DNA of 32,000 nucleotides from Halomicrobium mukohataei DSM 12286 (GTDB lineage Archaea > Halobacteriota > Halobacteria > Halobacteriales > Haloarculaceae). This document shows positions 7,973 to 14,670 of this stretch, one piece after another (within the stretch, counting starts at the first letter, position 1; each line of letters starts with the position of its first letter). The notes under the pieces are model-generated. The model saw only the letters and a program-made list of their open reading frames with translations. It ran no database searches and was not told the origin of the DNA. Location: positions 570,001 to 602,000 of the forward strand of contig NC_013202.1 in the NCBI RefSeq assembly GCF_000023965.1, in the 5' to 3' direction. The position numbers and the translations under genes were made by a program.

Positions 7973-10900
7973 CTAGTTCCCGTAGCGGTTCCGCATGTCG
8001 AGTGCGTCGACCAGCTCGGTGTTCTGTTCGAGGCTGTCCATCTGCGTGCGGAATTCGAGGTGCAGCGTGTCGAGCATCACGTCGACCAGATCGTCGACAG
8101 GCCAGTCGTACTGGCTGGGACCCGTGACGTTCCCGTAGGTCATCGAGAACTTCTGGTTGGGGTAGAGGACCCGGTACATGTACGGGTTGTCGTGGTGGGT
8201 GACACGAATGGCGTACGCCGACAGCGGCGCGTCGGTCCCCTCGAAGGGTCCCGGCTTGGCCCCGTCGGGCAGTGCCACCTCGATCACGTCGCGCTGTGGG
8301 TGGCCCACCGAGAAGTTCTTGCGCTGTGCGTTGTCGTACGAGAACTGGTCCAGCCCAGTGGCCTCTTTCGACGGGGCGACGTACCACATGATCGCGCCGT
8401 CGATCAGCAGCGGCACCTCGGTGCGGTTCTCGAAGATCAGCGACGTGTCGAACAGCCAGCCGTCGCCGTGGAGTTCGGCGGTCGCTTCCACCGGGGCGTT
8501 TGCGGTGAAACCGTCGCCGAGGCTCTCGCCCGTGACCGGGTGGACCTTCTCCGTCGTGGCCTCGATGATCGGGTTGTCGGTGTTGTTGTACTGGCTGTCG
8601 CTGACGCCGCTGCTCCACTCGACCCGGTCGGGCTGGAGGTAGTCGTCGTCGAACTGCTCGCCGCTTGGCCAGGCGTCCTGGACCAGCACCGAGGGGTCGT
8701 TGTTCGCCGCCACCGGCCCCGCGTCGGCCGTCAGGCCGCCGTCCCGTCCGCCGCCGTCGTTGAACGGGATCGGTTCGGTCTCCTCGGGCAACCCGACGAC
8801 CCAGGGCATGATCCGGGCGTTGTTCTCTCGGGGCACGCCCGCCGCGTCGAACTGCTTGACCAGTTCGAGCCCGCGGTCGCCCAGCGCTCCGAGTTGCATC
8901 GAGCCGTCCCCGGCGTTGTTCTGGATCGCGTCGACGTCGGCCCCGTACTCGCTGGCGTCGCCGTTCAGCTCGTTTTTGAGCAGTCCCTGGACGCCGCCTT
9001 CGGTGTAGGTAGGGTTGAAGTCCTCGTCGTACGCGGGGTAGAACTCTTCGAGCGTCGTGCTGGCGGTGATGTCGCTGCCGTCGCCGACCTGGACCGTCGT
9101 CGTCGTGGTGGCGGTCGCGCCGCCGTCGTCGGTGACCGTCAGTTCGACGCTGTAGGCCCCCGAACCGGCGTAGGTGTGGGAGGCCGTCTCGCCGGTGGCC
9201 GTCGAGTCGTCACCGAACGCCCACTCGTAGGACGCGATCGAGCCGTCCGGATCCGAGGACTCCGAGGCGTCGAAAGAGGCCTGTTCACCGGGTGCCGGCG
9301 AAGCGGGATCGACGGAGAACGACGCCGTCGGCCCCTCGTTGACCGAGCCGACCGTGATGTCGGTGCTGGTCACGGCCGACGCGCCGCCGTCGTCGGTGAC
9401 CGTCAGCTCGACGGTGTACTCGCCCGCCTCGGCGTAGGTGTGAGAGGCCGTCTCGCCGGTGGCCGTCGAACCGTCGCCGAAGTCCCACTCGTAGGACGCG
9501 ATCGAGCCGTCCGCGTCCGAGGACTCAGAGGCGTCGAAGCTGACTTCCTGGCCGGGGTCCGGATTGGCCGTATCGATCGTCAGGCCCGCCATCGGCGGGG
9601 CGTTCCCGTCGATCGCGAGGTCGCCGACCATCGACTCCGGATGGACCGTACAGATGTACTCGACCATCTCCTCGGTGGCCTCGAACTCCAGGGTGCGGCT
9701 CTGGCCTTCCTGGCCGACCCGCTCGGTCGCCAGCAGCTCCTCGCCAGCGGCGTTGCGGATCACGAGATCGTGGGGGATCCCGTCGACGTTGTTGTAGGTG
9801 AACGCGTAGGACTCGCCGGAGGTCAGCGAGATCGTCGGGTTCCGCTCGCCCTCGATGGCTGCCGGTTCGGCACCGAGCCAGCCGTCGATGCTGCTGTCGA
9901 TCGTGATCTGGGTCGGGTTGTCGGCGTCGCTGATCGACACCGTCGTCGACGTGCTGTCGGTCGCGCCCGCGTCGTCGGAGACCGTCAGCGTCACGGTGTA
10001 ATCGCCAGCATCGGCGTAGCCGTGGGTCGCCACCTCGCCGGTGGCCGCCGAGCCGTCGCCGAAGTCCCACTCGTAGGACGCGATCGAGCCGTCCGCGTCC
10101 GAGGACTCCGAGGCGTCGAAGGTGATGTCCTCGCCGGGTGCGGGCGCGCTCGCGTCCGTCGTGAACGACGCGGTCGGTGCCTCGTTGGTGTCGCCACAGG
10201 CACCCTCGTTCTCCCAGGGACCGTACTCGCTGGAGCCGGGTTCGTCACCCGAGGTCCACCAGCTGGCTTCCCACAGATCGCCGTCGTAGGTGACCTGATC
10301 GCCGCCGGTGTAGGTCGCGTCCGCGTCCCAGGCGTCGACGCCGTCACAGCTGCCGCCGTCCGAGCCGGTACCCGAGACCGTGACGGTAGTGTCGTTCGAG
10401 TCGCTGGCACCGTCGTCGTCGGTGACGGTCAGCGAGACGGTGTAGTCGTCCGCCGTCTCGTAGGTGTGGGTGACGGACTCGCCGGTGGCCGTGGCTCCGT
10501 CGCCAAAGTCCCACTCGAAGCTCGCGAGCGAGCCGTCCGAGTCCGAGGAGCCGGCCGCGTCGAAGCTGACCGTCTCCCCGGTATCGGGCTCGGCCGGATC
10601 GACCGTGAACGAGGCGTCGGGTGCCACGTTCGACCCCTCTCCGACGGCGACGGTCTTGGTCGCCGTGGCCGGTGCCTCCTCGTCGTCTCGGACGATCAGC
10701 GTGACCGTGTACTCGCCCTCGGCGTCGAAGCTGTGGGTGACGGTCTCGCCCGTCGCGGAGTCGCCGTCGTCGAAGTCCCACTCGTAGGACGCGATCGAGC
10801 CGTCCGCGTCCGAGGACGCCGACGCGTCGAAGCTGACCGTCTCGCCCGGTGCGGGCGAGCGTACGTCCATCGTGAACGACGCCGTCGGCTCCTCGTTCTC

Positions 10901-11146
10901 CTCGTCACAGTCGTGCTCGCGGGTCCAGGCCCCGAGGTCGGCGTCGGGTTCTCGCTGGGTCCACCACTCGGCGGTCCACAGCGCGCCGTCGTAGACGACC
11001 TGGTCGCCGCCGCTGTAGGTTGCGCTCGAATCCCAGTCGGGCGCGTCGCAGTGGCCCGAATGTGCTGCTGCGGTCGAGCTCGCACCGAGTGCGAGCGCCG
11101 ACAGTGCCGATGCTTTCCGTAACAGATCGCGTCGTGTGTGTCTCAT
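7973..11146 (-). CDS. Tat-secreted multidomain protein: CBM5/12 - PKD - PKD - CBM5/12 - PKD - cupredoxin - PKD - PKD - unknown ~370-aa C-terminal domain (1057 aa)
   Basis: ATG at 11146 gives MRHTRRDLLRKASALSALALGASSTAAA, a twin-arginine signal. There are two Y.GGDQV.YDG.LW.A.WWT modules (chitin-binding type) and five repeats with the PKD signature (F.A..S.D.DG.I.SY.WDFGDG..A.G....H.Y...G.Y.V.LTV.D). One blue-copper-like module is present. The C-terminal domain is not recognisable by eye. Confidence 0.88.
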   Translation of the reverse strand: MRHTRRDLLRKASALSALALGASSTAAAHSGHCDAPDWDSSATYSGGDQVVYDGALWTAEWWTQREPDADLGAWTREHDCDEENEEPTASFTMDVRSPAPGETVSFDASASSDADGSIASYEWDFDDGDSATGETVTHSFDAEGEYTVTLIVRDDEEAPATATKTVAVGEGSNVAPDASFTVDPAEPDTGETVSFDAAGSSDSDGSLASFEWDFGDGATATGESVTHTYETADDYTVSLTVTDDDGASDSNDTTVTVSGTGSDGGSCDGVDAWDADATYTGGDQVTYDGDLWEASWWTSGDEPGSSEYGPWENEGACGDTNEAPTASFTTDASAPAPGEDITFDASESSDADGSIASYEWDFGDGSAATGEVATHGYADAGDYTVTLTVSDDAGATDSTSTTVSISDADNPTQITIDSSIDGWLGAEPAAIEGERNPTISLTSGESYAFTYNNVDGIPHDLVIRNAAGEELLATERVGQEGQSRTLEFEATEEMVEYICTVHPESMVGDLAIDGNAPPMAGLTIDTANPDPGQEVSFDASESSDADGSIASYEWDFGDGSTATGETASHTYAEAGEYTVELTVTDDGGASAVTSTDITVGSVNEGPTASFSVDPASPAPGEQASFDASESSDPDGSIASYEWAFGDDSTATGETASHTYAGSGAYSVELTVTDDGGATATTTTTVQVGDGSDITASTTLEEFYPAYDEDFNPTYTEGGVQGLLKNELNGDASEYGADVDAIQNNAGDGSMQLGALGDRGLELVKQFDAAGVPRENNARIMPWVVGLPEETEPIPFNDGGGRDGGLTADAGPVAANNDPSVLVQDAWPSGEQFDDDYLQPDRVEWSSGVSDSQYNNTDNPIIEATTEKVHPVTGESLGDGFTANAPVEATAELHGDGWLFDTSLIFENRTEVPLLIDGAIMWYVAPSKEATGLDQFSYDNAQRKNFSVGHPQRDVIEVALPDGAKPGPFEGTDAPLSAYAIRVTHHDNPYMYRVLYPNQKFSMTYGNVTGPSQYDWPVDDLVDVMLDTLHLEFRTQMDSLEQNTELVDALDMRNRYGN
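9083..10891 (-). repeat. array of five PKD-module coding repeats (~255-260 nt each) with near-identical core segments
   Basis: A core of ~45-58 nt (GTCCCACTCGTAGGACGCGATCGAGCCGTCCGCGTCCGAGGAC...GCGTCGAAG) recurs at 9482-9540, 10064-10122 and 10775-10832. More diverged copies lie at 9220-9274 and 10508-10566. Confidence 0.85.
9608..9913 (-). other. cupredoxin (halocyanin/plastocyanin-like) domain embedded between PKD repeats 3 and 4
   Basis: ...GIPHDLVIRN...(39 aa)...YICTVHPESMVG supplies the His, Cys-x2-His-x3-Met type-1 copper ligand pattern. The Cys codon (ACA on the + strand) is at 9650-9652. Confidence 0.7.
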
Positions 11147-11339
11147 AGTATCCCCCAAACTGCGTGCTGATTCCGCTGCGATGCCCCCCACCAACCATCA
11201 GCTTCTTTGAACCGGTACCTTTATTCTTCAAGTAGCTACGGAATATTGCTATATATAGATTTATGACTAGTATTTGTGGCCGTTTAATTAAGTCGCGTTG
11301 AGACGTGCGGGCCGGTGGCAGCCGGCCCGGCCCGTCACC

Positions 11340-12587
11340 TCACCGCTCGACGCCGGCCGGACCGGCCGCGAACTCGCCGCGGGCCGGTTCGGGGACGTAG
11401 TCGGCGAGGTCGGCGTCGTCGAAGTCGACGCGCTCGCCGCGTTCGGCCGCGAGATACGAGGCCGCGACGAGTTTCGCCACGTCCAGTCCGTCCCGGAGGT
11501 CCTCGCGTGCGTTCTCGCCGGCCCGGAACGCCGAGACGACGTGCTCGTTCTGGTCCAGGTAGCCGTAGGTCGCGCCCTCCTGGGGGAGCACCGGCATCTT
11601 CCCGCGGTCGGCGGCCTGTTTCTCGACGACGTAGCCCGCGCCCTCGGCCGCGCGGTCGGAGAAGAACACGTCGGTGCCCGATTCCAGCGTGTTGATCGTC
11701 CCCGAGTACTCCGGGCCGAGCAGTTCGATCGTGATCCGCAGCCCCGAGCCGACGAAACACCAGGAGTTGGTCGCCTCGCCCACCACGAGGTCGCCCTCGG
11801 GGGTCTCGTAGAAGACGCTCGCGGAGGCGTAGTCCTCGCCGGGCGTCTCGTGGTAGTCCACGTCGTACTCCGCGGCCAGCTCGGCGGCGTAGTCGTCCCG
11901 GCCCCACTTCAGCGTCGAGATGTCGCAGGTGACCGCGATCGGCTCCAGATCGTCCTCGCCGGGCCGACTGAGGAGGTGCCTGTTGACCTTGTGGGAGTGA
12001 CACATCATGTCCGAGAGGACGCCGCCACCCTGCCGTTCGGGGTCCCAGAACCACGACGAGTGGGGACCCGCGTGTTCCTCGGCCGAGCGGGCGAGATACG
12101 GTCGCCCGGCACCCTCGGCGGAGTCCCACAGCAGCTCCTTCATCCGGTCGACGCCCGGCATGTACACCTGGTTTTCGAGGTAGGCGTGGTTCAGCTCGGT
12201 CTCCTCGACCAGGTCGACGATTCGCTGGGCCTCGCCGACAGTGCGGGCGAGCGGTTTCTCCATCGCGATGCCTGCGAGGTCGGCTCCGCCCTGCTGGATC
12301 TCCTCGACGATCGCCTCGACCGTCTCGACGCGGGTGTGGTTGGGCGAGGTGACCCAGACCGCGTCCACGTCTTCGTGGCCCACCAGTTCGCGCACGTCCC
12401 CCGTCGCGATCGGGTCCCCACTGCCGGCCTCGCGGCAGGCGTCCGCGACCGCCTCGGCCTTGCTGACCGTCGGGTTCATCACGCCCGTCACGTCCGCGTC
12501 GCGAATGCGTTCGAAGGTCGCCGCGTGGAACTCCCGTGTGATGAAACCGGCACCCACGAAGCCGACGCCCAGTCTGTTCGTTGCCAT
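11340..12587 (-). CDS. Gfo/Idh/MocA family NAD(P)-dependent oxidoreductase
   Basis: N-terminal Rossmann motif LGVGFVGAGFITREFH, EKP motif (IAMEKPLA), 415 aa. Close paralogue of the partial gene at 31315-32000. Confidence 0.85.
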   Translation of the reverse strand: MATNRLGVGFVGAGFITREFHAATFERIRDADVTGVMNPTVSKAEAVADACREAGSGDPIATGDVRELVGHEDVDAVWVTSPNHTRVETVEAIVEEIQQGGADLAGIAMEKPLARTVGEAQRIVDLVEETELNHAYLENQVYMPGVDRMKELLWDSAEGAGRPYLARSAEEHAGPHSSWFWDPERQGGGVLSDMMCHSHKVNRHLLSRPGEDDLEPIAVTCDISTLKWGRDDYAAELAAEYDVDYHETPGEDYASASVFYETPEGDLVVGEATNSWCFVGSGLRITIELLGPEYSGTINTLESGTDVFFSDRAAEGAGYVVEKQAADRGKMPVLPQEGATYGYLDQNEHVVSAFRAGENAREDLRDGLDVAKLVAASYLAAERGERVDFDDADLADYVPEPARGEFAAGPAGVER

Positions 12588-12653
12588 GGCACACGGTACG
12601 ACGGGACGCGGTAAATAGATTCGTTCGATAGTCCAAACAACGGTGGCCGTACC

Positions 12654-13802
12654 CTACAGGTCGATCGATCGAGACACCGACGCCTCGGCGATCTCCTCGG
12701 CGGTGACCTCGCGGCCCCGTTCGGCCGAGAGGTAGATTCCCTCCATCACGAGCATGGAGTTGAGCGCGATCTCGTCGGTCCGGATCTGGTCGACCTCGCC
12801 GCGGACGGCCGCGACGAAGTGGTCGTACTGGTTCGGGCGCTCGTCGACCTCGTAGCCGCTCTCGCCCCGAATCAGTCCGTGACGGGTCTCGAAGCCGTCC
12901 ACGTCGATCTCGACGGTCGTCTCGTAGTCGTTCATCGTCGTCAGGAGTTCGACCGGATCGAAGGCGATCCCGCCCTGGCTGCCGACGACGACGCCGCGCT
13001 CGTCTGGCTGGTAGGCGTGCCAGGCGGCCCGCACTTCCAGGCGAGAGCCGTCGGCCAGTCGGGCCGCGCCGGTGCCGGCGTCCTCCACGTCGTGGCCGGA
13101 CTCTTCGAGACGCTTCCGGTAGAGCTCGGCGTTGTCGCCGGTCAGCTCCTCGCCGAGGCTGTCGTCGGTGTAGTCGAACGTCTGGCCGTTGACGCGCTCG
13201 ACGGCGGGGTTGCCCAGCAGGTAGAGGTTGCGACCGATCTCGTAGGTGCCGATGTCGAAGACCGGCCCGCCGCCGGCCGACTCCTTCGAGACGAACGCGG
13301 GCGTCCCGTAGCCGTCGACGTACGGGCGACCACGCCGCCGAGAGTACACCGACCGGGCGAACGAGACCTCGCCGAGATCGCCCGATTCGACGAAGGTCCG
13401 TGCCGCCTGCGTCTCCGGCGTCAGCAACTCGACGTTCTGGACCGCCAGGAGCTTGTCGGCCGCATTGGCCGCGTCGACGATGTTCTCGGCGTCGGTGTAG
13501 CTGCCGGCCAGGGGCTTCTCACAGAAGACGTGCTTGTCGGCCTCGAAGGCGGCGACCGCCATCGGCTCGTGGAGGTTGTTGTGGACACAGACGTTGACCA
13601 CGTCGATCTCCGGATCGTCGAGCATCGCCTCGAAGTCCTCGTAGACGTCCGGAATCCCGAACTCGTCGGCCAGCTCTCCCGCGGCCTCCGTGTCGATGTC
13701 CGCGATCGCCTTGACGGTCGCGCCGTCGACGCCTCGATACTTCCGGATGTGTTCTTCGCCTCGATTCCCCGCGCCGATGATGCCGATAGTGACTGTCTCC
13801 AT
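12654..13802 (-). CDS. Gfo/Idh/MocA family NAD(P)-dependent oxidoreductase
   Basis: METVTIGIIGAGNRGEEH Rossmann motif and the CEKPLA motif. 382 aa. Confidence 0.85.
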   Translation of the reverse strand: METVTIGIIGAGNRGEEHIRKYRGVDGATVKAIADIDTEAAGELADEFGIPDVYEDFEAMLDDPEIDVVNVCVHNNLHEPMAVAAFEADKHVFCEKPLAGSYTDAENIVDAANAADKLLAVQNVELLTPETQAARTFVESGDLGEVSFARSVYSRRRGRPYVDGYGTPAFVSKESAGGGPVFDIGTYEIGRNLYLLGNPAVERVNGQTFDYTDDSLGEELTGDNAELYRKRLEESGHDVEDAGTGAARLADGSRLEVRAAWHAYQPDERGVVVGSQGGIAFDPVELLTTMNDYETTVEIDVDGFETRHGLIRGESGYEVDERPNQYDHFVAAVRGEVDQIRTDEIALNSMLVMEGIYLSAERGREVTAEEIAEASVSRSIDL

Positions 13803-14008
13803 GATGGTGTTCGTGTCCGGACTCGGCCGCCACTCGTCGCGACGGCGGCCCGGCGATCAACTGCGAGTGTTCGGAGTATCATCGAAGATACTGTTAAATC
13901 CACCGATGGGAACAACAGCAGGTGTTAATGTTGCCGCCGATCCGACGGGATCGGTGCGGCCTGGCTCGCGACCGGCGAGGATTTCAGGCTCCGCCGTCTA
14001 CCGCGGGT

Positions 14009-14626
14009 ATGTTCGAACAGCGACCGAACCGGGACAGCGAGATCGTCCTGGTGGGCCGGTCCAACGTCGGCAAGTCGACGCTAATGCGCGAGATCACGGG
14101 CCACAGCGTCGACACCGGTCAGAAGCCCGGCGTCACCCGCAAGCCCAACCACTTCGACTGGGCCGGTCCGGACTTCATGGTCACCGACCTCCCCGGCTTC
14201 GGGTTCATGAACGGCGTCCCCGAGGACGTGCGCGAGCAGATCAAGACCGACGTTGTCCGGTACGTCGAGGCCAACGCCGACAAGATCCTCGTCGGCATCC
14301 TCGTCCTCGACGGGAAGGCGGCCGTCGACATCATCGACCGCCACTCCGGTCCCGACGAGATCCCCCACGACGTGGAGCTGTTTCACTTCCTGCGAGACGT
14401 CGACGTCGAGCCCGTCGTCGCCGTCAACAAGATGGACAAGGTCGACGACGAGGAAGAGCGGCTAAACGACATCTGCGATCGTCTCGGCCTCTATCCGCCG
14501 TGGCAACAGTGGCAGGAGACGATCGCGCCGATCAGCGCCAAGCGGGGCACCGTCGACGCCCTCGACGAGGCCGTCCGCCACCACCTCCACGAGGCCGGGC
14601 GAGACGATCTGTTCCAGTTCTTCTAG
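14009..14626 (+). CDS. engB: ribosome-biogenesis GTPase EngB/YsxC
   Basis: ATG at 14009. G1 [10 protein letters not shown]3 DLPGFG, G4 NKMDK. The listed upstream extension (from 13922) is Arg-rich. Confidence 0.8.
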   Translation: MFEQRPNRDSEIVLVGRSNVGKSTLMREITGHSVDTGQKPGVTRKPNHFDWAGPDFMVTDLPGFGFMNGVPEDVREQIKTDVVRYVEANADKILVGILVLDGKAAVDIIDRHSGPDEIPHDVELFHFLRDVDVEPVVAVNKMDKVDDEEERLNDICDRLGLYPPWQQWQETIAPISAKRGTVDALDEAVRHHLHEAGRDDLFQFF

Positions 14627-14670
14627 GACCGTTCTCTGCGTCGGGTGCGCTTCGCGCACCGCTGGCGAGG

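Noticed and set aside
9083-10891. Regularly spaced ~260-nt repeats, considered as a possible CRISPR or other non-coding array
   Set aside because: The repeats are in frame inside a long ORF and translate to PKD domains. The unit length and lack of short unique spacers are incompatible with CRISPR.
6254-11122. 1622-aa ORF on the + strand, the longest in the track
   Set aside because: It lies antisense to three well-supported minus-strand genes (SIMPL, DUF389 and the secreted PKD protein). Its translation is R/G/V/D/A-rich low complexity with no motifs. This is a typical stop-codon-poor shadow frame in GC-rich DNA.
11285-11292. TTAATTAA palindrome and TATATATA tract in the AT-rich spacer upstream of the secreted-protein gene, considered as a special regulatory element
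   Set aside because: Short AT palindromes are expected in archaeal promoter regions. Without TSS data I cannot assign a specific TATA box or operator, so no separate feature is claimed.
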